Origin: an uncultured virus (IMG/VR IMGVR_UViG_3300027770_000054)
Lineage: Duplodnaviria > Heunggongvirae > Uroviricota > Caudoviricetes
Reading direction: 5' to 3' (one strand)
Length of the DNA stretch: 64,000 bases
IMG/VR virus record: IMGVR_UViG_3300027770_000054
Both the position numbers and the translations under genes were made by a program. The notes under the pieces are model-generated. The model was given only the letters and a program-made list of their open reading frames with translations, was not told where the DNA came from and did no database searches. This document shows positions 30,202 to 39,738 of this stretch, piece after piece (within the stretch, counting starts at the first letter, position 1; the number at the start of each line of letters is the position of its first letter).

Positions 30202-31646
30202 TTAAGATACATCAAGTAGATTCTGTGTATATCGAAATTGAGTGCGAGAAAGGTATCGCCAAGGAGTTATCCTCATTCTTTACCTTCAATGTACCAAATT
30301 CGCAATACAATCCAGCATTTCGCAAGAAGCGTTGGGATGGCAAGATTCGTTTGTTCAGTATTCTTACAAACAAAATCTATGCTGGATTGCTTTCATATGT
30401 TCTGACATTTGCTTCTGATCGTGGTTACAAAGTAGAATATCAATCAAGTCTATCGCGAGACACCACTTGCTTAGAACTGCCTACAGTCTATTCTGGAGGC
30501 AAGGTCATTCAACCGCACGACTACCAGATTGATGCGATCAAACACGCCCTTGAAAATCGTAGGACTCTCCTGATATCGCCAACGGGCAGTGGTAAGAGTT
30601 TGATCATCTATATGATTATGCTTGAACTTTTAAAGCGTACAAAGAAAAAGATTCTAATTGTTGTACCCACCACAGGACTTGTTACACAATTAAATTCAGA
30701 CTTTCAAGATTATGCAAATACCAAGGCAATTGCCAAACATATTCATTTAATATATGGTGGTCAGGAAAAAACAACTGAATGTAGAGTTATAATATCCACA
30801 TGGCAAAGTCTTTATACACAGGATGAAAGATACTTTGAACAATTTGATAGTATCATCGGCGATGAGTCTCATTTGTTTAAGGCAAAATCTCTAGTAAAGA
30901 TCATGAGTAAATTGAAGACCTGTGAATATAGAATCGGAACCACAGGCACGCTTGATGGCACGCAGGTACATCGGTTGGTTCTTGAAGGATTATTTGGTCC
31001 TGTGCATCAAGTCACATCTACAAAAGAACTTATAGATAAAGAAGTACTAGCTCAGCTAAATATTGAATGTTTGATTCTTCGTTATACTGACAAAGATATA
31101 CAGGAGATTAAGCGTGCAAAATATCCTGATGAAATTGAATGGTTAGTTCTCAATGATAAACGAAATCAGTTTATTACAGATCTCGCAACTAGCATTCCTG
31201 GTAATGTGCTCGTTCTTTTTAATTTTGTTGAGAAGCATGGAATACCTCTATATCAGAAGATTTCAAAGGCAAGTAAGAAACAGTCATATCTTATCTGTGG
31301 TAAAACCGAAATTGAACAAAGAGAAGAAATACGAAAGATTGTAGACAAGGGCAACAATAGCGTTCTTGTGGCATCCTATGGAACATGCAGCACAGGTATT
31401 AATATTAAAAACATTCACGCAATTGTATTTGCTTCCCCATCAAAATCAGTTGTTCGTGTTCTTCAATCCATTGGTCGTGGTCTTAGAAAGTCAGATACAA
31501 AGGAAAAAGCAACGGTATATGACATAGGAGACGATCTCAGTTGGGGCAAGTATAGAAATCATGCTCTCCGACACCTAGATGAGCGCACTACCATATATAC
31601 TAATGAAGAGTTCACATTCAAGAAAACTAAAATTAAATTAAGTTAG
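30198..31646 (+). CDS. uvsW: DNA helicase UvsW
   Basis: 'WDGKIRLF', 'SPTGSGKS', 'DESH.FKAKSL', 'TGTLDG', 'LQSIGRGLR'. Confidence 0.97.
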   Translation: MIKIHQVDSVYIEIECEKGIAKELSSFFTFNVPNSQYNPAFRKKRWDGKIRLFSILTNKIYAGLLSYVLTFASDRGYKVEYQSSLSRDTTCLELPTVYSGGKVIQPHDYQIDAIKHALENRRTLLISPTGSGKSLIIYMIMLELLKRTKKKILIVVPTTGLVTQLNSDFQDYANTKAIAKHIHLIYGGQEKTTECRVIISTWQSLYTQDERYFEQFDSIIGDESHLFKAKSLVKIMSKLKTCEYRIGTTGTLDGTQVHRLVLEGLFGPVHQVTSTKELIDKEVLAQLNIECLILRYTDKDIQEIKRAKYPDEIEWLVLNDKRNQFITDLATSIPGNVLVLFNFVEKHGIPLYQKISKASKKQSYLICGKTEIEQREEIRKIVDKGNNSVLVASYGTCSTGINIKNIHAIVFASPSKSVVRVLQSIGRGLRKSDTKEKATVYDIGDDLSWGKYRNHALRHLDERTTIYTNEEFTFKKTKIKLS

Positions 31647-31655
31647 GAACTAACA

Positions 31656-32390
31656 ATGAATCTTAAAATCCTGAAACTTAGAAGCGGTGAAGAAATAATA
31701 GGTCAGATTCTTGAAGAAACTGAATCCTCAGTAAAAATCTTTCAACCTATGTTCTTCAACATAATTCAATCATTTAATGATGATGGTAATCCTTGTGATA
31801 TCACCACAATTCATGATTGGTTGGTAAATACCGATGAGAAAAATGTTTCATTGCCAATGGATCATGTGGCATTCATCAGTGAACCAAATACGAACACCAA
31901 AAAACTATATGAAATTGAAAGTGTCAAAGAATTTGACAAAGATAGTTACAAGACTTCTGTCGAAGAAACAGAAAAACCACCAGCATCTTCTATTAAAATG
32001 AATGAAAAAGATGCAGATGTGTTTGGTATGTTCTTGGAACAACTTATTAATCAATCTTTGGATTATACGCGACCTCCTACTTCTCATAGAGAATCTTCTA
32101 ATAGAGAAGGTCCAAAGAGAAAAAGAAAACCAAAGAAGGACTATCTTCCACCAGATATGTCAGATGAGAGCGAATTAGAGCGTCATATGATTATGATGCA
32201 ACTCTACATTCCAGCTGAGGCAATTATGAATATGGTGACCAGTGGTCTTCTAGAACCAAAAGTTCTACTTGATATGGTAAAAGAAGTCAAGAAGCGTAAT
32301 AAGTTCACTGGTGATGAGAAGGATCGTGGCGATTTCGGTACTAAGTTTTCCGATTGGAATCCCGATCCTAAGTCAGATGACTATAACTAA
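31656..32390 (+). CDS. Hypothetical protein (Sm-like N-terminus) at the uvsW-gp55 position
   Basis: The 'ILKLRSGEEII' start and this position match a gene commonly seen in environmental T4-likes. Confidence 0.65.
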   Translation: MNLKILKLRSGEEIIGQILEETESSVKIFQPMFFNIIQSFNDDGNPCDITTIHDWLVNTDEKNVSLPMDHVAFISEPNTNTKKLYEIESVKEFDKDSYKTSVEETEKPPASSIKMNEKDADVFGMFLEQLINQSLDYTRPPTSHRESSNREGPKRKRKPKKDYLPPDMSDESELERHMIMMQLYIPAEAIMNMVTSGLLEPKVLLDMVKEVKKRNKFTGDEKDRGDFGTKFSDWNPDPKSDDYN

Positions 32391-32432
32391 TAGTTAGCTA
32401 CTATAGGGATCCTTCTTTATTACCACACAGAA

Positions 32433-32462
32433 ATTATACACGCAATGTACGATTCTTGTCAA
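32433..32462 (-). promoter_or_regulatory. Consensus sigma70 promoter on the minus strand (antisense)
   Basis: The plus strand has tgtcaa (32457-32462) and attata (32433-32438), i.e. TTGACA-N18-TATAAT on the minus strand. Confidence 0.7.
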
Positions 32463-32501
32463 GCCCTTATCATCAAGTTTACCAAAAATAGTATAAAACA
32501 C

Positions 32502-32529
32502 TTGAAAGATTGGTTTTCCATGCTATACT
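32502..32529 (+). promoter_or_regulatory. sigma70-like promoter for gp55
   Basis: TTGAAA (32502-32507), 16 nt, then an extended -10 TGcTATACT ending at 32529. Confidence 0.7.
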
Positions 32530-32544
32530 TGTATTACGAACAGG

Positions 32545-33117
32545 ATGACCATGAAAAACGAAAATGAAGATCCAAAAATTATAGAACAAGAAGTAAAGAC
32601 TCTGAAACATTACATAGACAATGTAAAGTTTTGCAAGTCAATGACCGAATGGAAAAAACTAGTGCATATTGCAGAGCAGTGTGGAGAAAAGCGTCCACCT
32701 GTTACTGACTATATTGCAGAATCATTTCTTAAGATTGCAGAGCATCTCTCGCATAGACCAAACTTTATCAATTATCAATTTAGAGATGATATGATTGGTG
32801 ATGGTATTGAGAATTGTCTTCTATATGCTCATAATTTTGATCCTGAAAAATCATCAAATCCATTTTCATATTTTACTCAGATAATTTATTATGCTTTTCT
32901 TCGTCGCATAGAAAAAGAAAAGAAACAAGCATTTATAAAATATAAGTGCTTGCAATTAAACGATCTTGATGGTAAAGTGGTGAATTGGTTGAAGCAAGAT
33001 GGAGAGGCAAGTTCATATGGTGAATTTTTACAAAAACATTTTGCATTAACTGAAAATGATATTGAAAAGTTAGAACCCAAAGATAAAAAGAAAAGGAAAC
33101 AAAGGAAGCGCAAGTGA
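32545..33117 (+). CDS. gp55: Late-transcription sigma factor gp55
   Basis: 'HYIDN..F', 'FLKIAEHLS.RPNFINY.FRDDMI.DGIENC..Y..NFDPEKS.NPFSYFTQIIYYAFLRRI.KEKKQ'. Confidence 0.97.
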   Translation: MTMKNENEDPKIIEQEVKTLKHYIDNVKFCKSMTEWKKLVHIAEQCGEKRPPVTDYIAESFLKIAEHLSHRPNFINYQFRDDMIGDGIENCLLYAHNFDPEKSSNPFSYFTQIIYYAFLRRIEKEKKQAFIKYKCLQLNDLDGKVVNWLKQDGEASSYGEFLQKHFALTENDIEKLEPKDKKKRKQRKRK

Positions 33118-34175
33118 AATTAGCATTTATTTGTGATACCCATTTTGGTGTACGAAATGATTCGCCGTTCTTTTTGGATAATGCCCTATCTTTTTTTGAA
33201 AATCAATTCTTTCCATTTTTAAAAGAAAACAATATTACTCAAGTTATTCATCTTGGTGACTTTTTTGACCGAAGGAAGTATGTTAATTTCAACACGCTTT
33301 CTTTGGTCAGAACACGATTTGTGAATAAGTTGCAAGAACACAATATCACTTTTCATATTACCATAGGAAATCATGATACTTATTTTCGCAACACAAATGA
33401 ATTAAATTCTTTGCGTGAACTTTTGACTGATCGCTACGATAATATTAAACTTTACGAAAAACCAACTACAATTAATTTTGACGACTTCTGCTTTGGAATA
33501 GTTCCTTGGGTGACTAAGGATAACGAAGCAGAAGTCGTTGATTTCGTTTCAAAATGTCCATGTAGAATGATTGGTGGACATTTTGAAATCAATGGATTCC
33601 AAGTAGTCATGGGTGTCAAGCATTCACACGGATTCACTACAGAAATCTTCAAACGATTTGATCGTGTTCTATCTGGACACTTTCATATCAAACAATCACA
33701 AGGAAATATTCATTATCTTGGGACTCAATATCAATTGAATTTCTCAGATGTATATTCTACAAAAGGATTTCATGTTTATGACACAGAAACCGACGAGATG
33801 GATTTTATTGAGAATGCTGGCAATATATTTCATGTGTTTAACTATGACGATTCCAATCAAGATGAAGTCAAGCGTATTGTCAAATTTATAAATGAAACTA
33901 ATCTAAAGAATGGGTTTATTCGTGTCACTGTAAGATCCAAGGCACGACAAGAAATCTTTGATAAATTTATTGATGCTCTTTGGGATAAAGGAATTCAAGA
34001 TCTATCGGTAGTGGAAGATCAAATAGATCATAAAACATCTGGAGTTGAATTCAGTGAATCTGAGGATACAATGAGCATCATAGGTCGTGAGATTGATGCG
34101 ATTGAACGCGATGTAGATAAGGGTAAACTTAAGACTTTGATTCGTGATCTTTATATGGAAAGTCTGAAGATATGA
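33114..34175 (+). CDS. gp47: Recombination endonuclease subunit gp47 (Mre11/SbcD-like)
   Basis: 'DTHFG.RN', 'HLGD.FDRRK', 'GNHD.Y', 'SGHFH'. GTG start. Confidence 0.96.
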   Translation: MKLAFICDTHFGVRNDSPFFLDNALSFFENQFFPFLKENNITQVIHLGDFFDRRKYVNFNTLSLVRTRFVNKLQEHNITFHITIGNHDTYFRNTNELNSLRELLTDRYDNIKLYEKPTTINFDDFCFGIVPWVTKDNEAEVVDFVSKCPCRMIGGHFEINGFQVVMGVKHSHGFTTEIFKRFDRVLSGHFHIKQSQGNIHYLGTQYQLNFSDVYSTKGFHVYDTETDEMDFIENAGNIFHVFNYDDSNQDEVKRIVKFINETNLKNGFIRVTVRSKARQEIFDKFIDALWDKGIQDLSVVEDQIDHKTSGVEFSESEDTMSIIGREIDAIERDVDKGKLKTLIRDLYMESLKI

Positions 34176-35902
34176 TTAAATTTGAAAAAGTAAGATTCAA
34201 AAACTTTGGATCTTTTGGAAACAATATCACAGAAATCGTGCTGGATAAAAACAGCACAACTCTTATCTGTGGAAGCAATGGAAGTGGAAAGTCTTTTGCT
34301 TTTCTTGATTCCATTACATTTGCGTTGTTTGGCAAACCATTTCGTAAGATCAATATTCCTACACTCGTCAATTCAGTCAATGAAAAAGGGTGTTTAGTTG
34401 AGATTGATTTTAGTCGTGGATCCGATAAATTCATGATTCGTCGTGGTATTAATCCGCGCGTCTTTGAGATTTATAGAAACGGTGAACTTATTGATCAGGA
34501 TGCCAAGAGTCTTGATTATCAGGAACTTCTTGAGAATCAAATTCTTAAGATGAATTACAAGACATTCACGCAGGTGGTAATTCTTGGTAGTTCTTCATTT
34601 GTTCCTTTCATGCAGTTGTCGGCAGCAGATCGTCGCTCTGTTATTGAAAATATTCTTGACATCAATATATTCAGCACAATGAATATCGTGCTCAGGGGTA
34701 AGATTCTTTCATTAAAGGAAATGATCAAAGAACTCAGCATGAAGATTGAAATTGAAAAGAACAAGATTAATGTTCAAAAGAGTTATATTGCTACTCTTGA
34801 AAAGAAGAACACCGAAGATGATGATGTAAAGAATCAACGAATTACTGAACTAGAGACAAAGATTAAAACAATTCAATATGATTTAATATGCAAAAATCTT
34901 TCGGTTGAGGGTCTACAAGAAGATATTAATAATGCAAAGAAAATTTTAAAAGACAAAACCAACAGAATTCAAGATTGTCGTACCCATATCGTCACATTGA
35001 AGACTTCAAAGGATCAGAAACAGAAGGAGATAAACTTCTTTAAGGAAAATTGTACCTGCCCAACTTGCACCCAACCTATTGATGATAAAGTCAAAAAAGA
35101 AAAGGTGTTGATGAATAATTATGAGATTTCTAATTTAGAAGATGATATGGTAACTACCAAAGATCATAGCAATTCTCTTCAATATGATATCACTAAATTT
35201 GAAAGTCACATTCAGGATACAACCAATCTCATATATGAAGTAACTTCCTTCAACAAAGAAATTGAAGCGTATAATAAAGAGATTGAACGGATTCGTAGCA
35301 CTATGCATAAATCCGCAATCAAGGATGATCTTGTAGAGGAGAAAGAAAAACTCAAGATGTTTGAGGGTGGACTTGCTGCTTTAGATGAGGAAAAGTTAAT
35401 TCATTCGAGTGATCTGATGTATCATGAATTCGCAGGTGAGTTACTTCGCGATGGGGGAGTCAAGGGAAAGATCATCAAGTATTATCTTCCTCACATGAAT
35501 AAGTTCATCAATAAGTTTCTATCGTCCATGGATTTCTTTGTGCAGTTTCAACTGGATGAGGAATTCAATGAACAGATTAAATCTCGCTATCGTGATGATT
35601 TTAGTTACATGAATTTTAGCGAAGGTGAGAAAATGCGTATAGATCTGGCACTATTGCTAGCATGGCGAGAGATCGCAAGACTCAAGAATAGCGTCAGTTG
35701 TAATCTCTTGATTCTTGATGAGGTGTTCGACTCCTCTCTAGACTCCGTTGGCATGGACGAACTTATGAAACTTTTAAAACTTATAAGCGACAAAGCGAAT
35801 GTGTATGTTATTAGTCACAAAGCAGATCAACTTGTTGATAAATTTTCAACGATTATTTCCGTTGAGAAAAAGAATAATTTTAGCAAGATCATATATAGTT
35901 AA
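34172..35902 (+). CDS. gp46: Recombination ATPase subunit gp46 (Rad50/SbcC-like)
   Basis: Walker A 'GSNGSGKS', zinc hook 'CPTC', signature 'FSEGEK.RIDLALL', 'LILDEVFDSSLD'. Confidence 0.97.
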   Translation: MIKFEKVRFKNFGSFGNNITEIVLDKNSTTLICGSNGSGKSFAFLDSITFALFGKPFRKINIPTLVNSVNEKGCLVEIDFSRGSDKFMIRRGINPRVFEIYRNGELIDQDAKSLDYQELLENQILKMNYKTFTQVVILGSSSFVPFMQLSAADRRSVIENILDINIFSTMNIVLRGKILSLKEMIKELSMKIEIEKNKINVQKSYIATLEKKNTEDDDVKNQRITELETKIKTIQYDLICKNLSVEGLQEDINNAKKILKDKTNRIQDCRTHIVTLKTSKDQKQKEINFFKENCTCPTCTQPIDDKVKKEKVLMNNYEISNLEDDMVTTKDHSNSLQYDITKFESHIQDTTNLIYEVTSFNKEIEAYNKEIERIRSTMHKSAIKDDLVEEKEKLKMFEGGLAALDEEKLIHSSDLMYHEFAGELLRDGGVKGKIIKYYLPHMNKFINKFLSSMDFFVQFQLDEEFNEQIKSRYRDDFSYMNFSEGEKMRIDLALLLAWREIARLKNSVSCNLLILDEVFDSSLDSVGMDELMKLLKLISDKANVYVISHKADQLVDKFSTIISVEKKNNFSKIIYS

Positions 35903-35905
35903 GAC

Positions 35906-36226
35906 ATGTCTAAAGTAGATACACTTAATTTTAGAGGAAAATTTCGGCAATATGATGTTGATGGTCATCCTTATATTTATTTTATAGGTGATTCTGTTGA
36001 ACACAATTCTCAAATTTATGTTTGTGTAAAGGCAACAACCACTAAAATTCCAGGAACACAGGAAGGTTCAGCATATTGGAAAGAAACTGGAGGAAATTTT
36101 GGTTTCTTTATTCAAGAACAATTACCAAAAAATGCTGAAGTTGGAGATAGATGGTATATTCCGTCTACAGCGATAATGTACACTTATGTTAAAGAAAGAA
36201 ATAATGCTTTTTGGGTTGAATTATGA
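35906..36226 (+). CDS. Small hypothetical protein carrying the fibre-type 'GDRW' module
   Basis: 'Y.IGDSV.....YVC' (CBM-like) plus 'P....GDRWY......YTY......WVEL'. Confidence 0.6.
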   Translation: MSKVDTLNFRGKFRQYDVDGHPYIYFIGDSVEHNSQIYVCVKATTTKIPGTQEGSAYWKETGGNFGFFIQEQLPKNAEVGDRWYIPSTAIMYTYVKERNNAFWVEL

Positions 36227-36243
36227 TTAAAACATGGTATAAT
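36216..36243 (+). promoter_or_regulatory. sigma70-like promoter upstream of the small ORF and gp45
   Basis: TTGAAT (36216-36221), 16 nt, extended -10 TGgTATAAT (ends 36243). Confidence 0.7.
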
Positions 36244-36253
36244 AGGACAAGTT

Positions 36254-36433
36254 ATGAATAACACCAATACGGGGCGTAATGAATTTAAAGAAAAGCCAAA
36301 ACCACCTAAACAATTGAAATCTGTTTCCCGTAAGGAAAAAGATTCAGAGAAGAATAGATCAAAACAACAACTGAAAAATTATGTCCAAAGCAACTTTGAG
36401 GACGATAATTTTGAAGATAACTTCATGAGGTAA
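36254..36433 (+). CDS. Small hydrophilic protein (59 aa), missing from the ORF track
   Basis: MNNTNTGRNEFKEKPKPPKQ...NFEDDNFEDNFMR. AGGA SD and promoter upstream. Fills the gap before gp45. Confidence 0.65.
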   Translation: MNNTNTGRNEFKEKPKPPKQLKSVSRKEKDSEKNRSKQQLKNYVQSNFEDDNFEDNFMR

Positions 36434-36436
36434 ATT

Positions 36437-37120
36437 ATGAGCACTGTGACTTTTTCGAAAAATACCCTAACAATTCTTAAGAACTTCTCAAGTCTAAATT
36501 CCAATATTCTAGTAAAACCAGGAAATGTAATCAAGACGATTACACCATCCAAGACAGGTATGGCAGTCGCTACCATTGAAGAAACCTTTAATGTTGAGTT
36601 CGGCATTTGGGATCTCAATAAATTTCTTGGTGTAGTCAGTCTCTTCAATACTCCAACATTCACCTTTGGAGATAAGAGCGTCAAGATCAAGAATGGTGGA
36701 GATTCTGTAGTCAATTATTACTACTCAGAACCACGACTATTGACATGTCCTACAAAGGATGTCAATATGCCAGAAATCAATGTGAGTATTATTCTCACCG
36801 AAAAGAACTTCAATGAACTTCAGAAAGCAGCATCCGTGATGCAACTTCCTGATATGTCGTTTAAGTCTGACGATGGTGACATTGTTGCTATGGTTTCTGA
36901 TCTTGGAGATCCTACCAGTAATTCATATAAGGTAATTTCTGGGACAAAGTATAATGGTCCCGAATTCTTGTTTAACTTTAAGATGGAGAATATCAAGATT
37001 CTTCCTGGAGATTATAAGATTAACTTTGCCAAGAATGTTGTGGGTGAATTCATTCACCAGTCTATTCCTGTCAAGTACTGGTATGCGATGGAAGCAAATA
37101 CCTCTAACTATGGATCTTAA
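36437..37120 (+). CDS. gp45: Sliding clamp gp45
   Basis: 'TLTILKNFSSLN', 'FGIWDL..FL', 'F.F.FK.ENIK..PGDY'. Confidence 0.95.
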   Translation: MSTVTFSKNTLTILKNFSSLNSNILVKPGNVIKTITPSKTGMAVATIEETFNVEFGIWDLNKFLGVVSLFNTPTFTFGDKSVKIKNGGDSVVNYYYSEPRLLTCPTKDVNMPEINVSIILTEKNFNELQKAASVMQLPDMSFKSDDGDIVAMVSDLGDPTSNSYKVISGTKYNGPEFLFNFKMENIKILPGDYKINFAKNVVGEFIHQSIPVKYWYAMEANTSNYGS

Positions 37121-37122
37121 TA

Positions 37123-38067
37123 ATGAAACCAGAAAATTTTCTGTGGGTTGAAAAGTATCGTCCGCAGACCATTGAAGATTGCGTTCTCCCCATGTCGCTG
37201 AAGTCTACCTTCAGCGACATGGTTGCTAAGGGAGAACCTCAGAATTTGCTCTTCTCTGGTACTGCTGGTGTTGGCAAGACAACAGTCGCAAAGGCACTCT
37301 GCAATGAGATGGAGTGTGACTGGATTATTATTAATTGCTCAGAGGAAGGAAACATTGACACGCTGCGAACAAAGATTCGTCAGTTTGCCAGTACCGTATC
37401 TCTGAGTGGGGATACTAAAAAGGTGGTCATTTTAGATGAGTTTGATTATTCAAATGCTAATAGCATTCAACCTGCTCTGCGAGGTGCTATTGAAGAATTT
37501 GCAAATAATTGTAGGTTTATCCTTACTTGTAACTATAAATCAAGAATTATTGAACCTATTCACTCTCGTTGCACTTGTATTGACTTCGTACTTGCTGCCT
37601 CCGAAAAACCAACCATTGCCGCAAAGATGATGGAACGGTGTTCATATATTCTTAACCAAGAAGGTGTTAAGGCAGATAAGAAGGTTCTTGGTCAATTGAT
37701 CATGAAGCACTTTCCAGATATGCGTAGAATTCTAAATGAATTGCAACGGTACGGAGTGTCTGGTACGATTGATGTGGGAATTCTTTCCTCTATCGCAGAG
37801 GTAGAGATTAAGAACCTGATGACTGCACTTCGCAACAAGGATTTTGTCACGGTTCGTCGTTGGGCAGCACTCAATGCTGAAACCTCCCCCCAAGAGATCT
37901 ATAGGAAAATCTACGATGCCCTTGGTGAGCATATGGAGAATCAGACCATTCCAGAGGCGATCTTGATAATCGCAGAGGCACAGTATCGCTCTGCTTTTGT
38001 TGCTGATCAAGAGATCAATCTTGTAGCGTGTCTAGTCCAGTTGATGATGTCTTGCGCTTTCAAATAA
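37123..38067 (+). CDS. gp44: Clamp loader large subunit gp44
   Basis: 'LWVEKYRP', 'GTAGVGKTT', 'ILDE.D', 'HSRC', 'ADQEIN'. Confidence 0.97.
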   Translation: MKPENFLWVEKYRPQTIEDCVLPMSLKSTFSDMVAKGEPQNLLFSGTAGVGKTTVAKALCNEMECDWIIINCSEEGNIDTLRTKIRQFASTVSLSGDTKKVVILDEFDYSNANSIQPALRGAIEEFANNCRFILTCNYKSRIIEPIHSRCTCIDFVLAASEKPTIAAKMMERCSYILNQEGVKADKKVLGQLIMKHFPDMRRILNELQRYGVSGTIDVGILSSIAEVEIKNLMTALRNKDFVTVRRWAALNAETSPQEIYRKIYDALGEHMENQTIPEAILIIAEAQYRSAFVADQEINLVACLVQLMMSCAFK

Positions 38068-38068
38068 T

Positions 38069-38440
38069 ATGCTTTCCGATATCTTAAACTCAATCAATCA
38101 GACCAAGGAAAATCTCCTATCCAAAGACCCCCGTCTGGAGAAGGATTATGTTCCCTTTGTCATCAATAAATGCTTTTCGTATTTTCCCGATACCATCTTT
38201 TATGCCAATAGAATGAATCAGTCTGCATTCTTAGATAAAAAGATGCAATATGACTATTATATTCACTCAATATCCAAGCGTAAGCGTTTTTCCAAGTGGA
38301 TCAAATCCGAGGAAAGCAAGGATTTAGAGGTGATCAAGGAAGTCTATGGGTACTCAGATGCCCGTGCTAGGGAGGTAATTGACTTGCTTCCTATGGACAA
38401 ATTACGCGAATTAATACAAAAAGGTGGTCAAAAACGGTAA
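38069..38440 (+). CDS. gp62: Clamp loader small subunit gp62
   Basis: 'LNSINQTK', 'Y.PF.IN...S.F.DT...AN.MN', 'KRKRFSKW', terminal 'KGG'. Confidence 0.93.
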   Translation: MLSDILNSINQTKENLLSKDPRLEKDYVPFVINKCFSYFPDTIFYANRMNQSAFLDKKMQYDYYIHSISKRKRFSKWIKSEESKDLEVIKEVYGYSDARAREVIDLLPMDKLRELIQKGGQKR

Positions 38441-38475
38441 AACCCTAAATATTTTCTATAATATGGAGCATTATT

Positions 38476-38871
38476 ATGGAAGATATTTTTGAGGGATTGG
38501 GCGTGGAGATAACATTGAAAAGTGAAGAAGATTTCCTTAAAGTTAAGGAAACTCTCACTAGAATCGGTGTATCTTCTAAAACTGAAAAGAAATTATATCA
38601 ATCGTGTCATATACTACACAAGCGAGGTAGATATGCTATCATACATTTTAAAGAAATGTTTGTTCTTGATGGTCTTGACTCTGATATATCAGAAGACGAT
38701 CTTGGGCGAAGAAATACAATAGTTAAATTACTGGTAGAATGGGAATTGGTGAATGTGATAGATCCAAAACAGTATGAGCAACCACAACTTTCTCTTGCTA
38801 GATTGAAGATCATTCCGCATAAAGAAAAGAAAGAATGGACTTTGATTCCTAAGTATCACATCGGTAAGTGA
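38476..38871 (+). CDS. regA: Translational repressor RegA
   Basis: 'DFLKVKETLTRIGV', 'LYQSCHILHK.G.Y.I.HFKE.F.LDG', 'W.L.PKY.IG'. CTAAATA at 38445. Confidence 0.96.
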   Translation: MEDIFEGLGVEITLKSEEDFLKVKETLTRIGVSSKTEKKLYQSCHILHKRGRYAIIHFKEMFVLDGLDSDISEDDLGRRNTIVKLLVEWELVNVIDPKQYEQPQLSLARLKIIPHKEKKEWTLIPKYHIGK

Positions 38872-38898
38872 CATATATAAGTGTGGAGATTTTATATT

Positions 38899-39738
38899 AT
38901 GAAAAAAATGCAAGCAATTGGTGCTCCATTTCAAATAGAATATTCATCAAATTCTAATTTATTGCCACAATCCTTCAGTTGGATCGCGGAAGACTTTCCT
39001 GTAAAAGTTTTTATAGATGGTGGAATTGCCATCGGAATGTCTTATCAAAAGAAACCTGGAACACTGAAAATAGCATGGGTTTGCGAATCGCGTGCTATTT
39101 TTCATGCAATGAACTTTCCAAGAGAAGTTTGGGAAGAACAATTTTTAAATATTTGCGATTCATATGATCTTCTTTTTACTTCTGAGAAGAGTTGGTTGGG
39201 AAAGCATCCAAATGTAAGATATTGTCCAGCAGGAAGTAATCTTCCATGGATAAAGAACCAAGATATTTTTCCAAAAACAAAATTAGCATCTATGATTGCT
39301 TCTCCCAAGAAATTTGCATTTGGACATGCTATTCGTCATCAATTGGCAGAACAATATAAAAATAACCTTGATCTGTATGGTGGAGTTCTTGGATCTCGTA
39401 GATTAAGTCCAGGTGTTCCGTGGGGCGATAAGTCTGAAGGACTGAATGATTATATGTTTTCTATTACTGTGGAAAATGATAAGTACAGTACATATTATAC
39501 AGAGAAAATAACTGATTGTTTTGCTACGGGAACAATACCAGTATATTGGGGAGCACCAGATATTGGTGATATCTTCAACAAAGATGGAATTATAGAATTA
39601 ACTCCAGATTTTGATCCAAAAACATTGACAAAAGAACTATATGAAAGTAAACTTGATGCAGTAAGAGACAACTTTAATCGGGTTAAAGAACTTGTTTCTG
39701 CTGATGATCAATTATTTAAATTAATCAATGAAAACTGA
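38899..39738 (+). CDS. Glycosyltransferase family 10 (alpha-1,3/4-fucosyltransferase-like)
   Basis: 'YMFSITVEN.....YYTEKI.DCF..GTIPVYWG' is the GT10 signature. The ATG at 38899 follows GGAG. Confidence 0.85.
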   Translation: MKKMQAIGAPFQIEYSSNSNLLPQSFSWIAEDFPVKVFIDGGIAIGMSYQKKPGTLKIAWVCESRAIFHAMNFPREVWEEQFLNICDSYDLLFTSEKSWLGKHPNVRYCPAGSNLPWIKNQDIFPKTKLASMIASPKKFAFGHAIRHQLAEQYKNNLDLYGGVLGSRRLSPGVPWGDKSEGLNDYMFSITVENDKYSTYYTEKITDCFATGTIPVYWGAPDIGDIFNKDGIIELTPDFDPKTLTKELYESKLDAVRDNFNRVKELVSADDQLFKLINEN

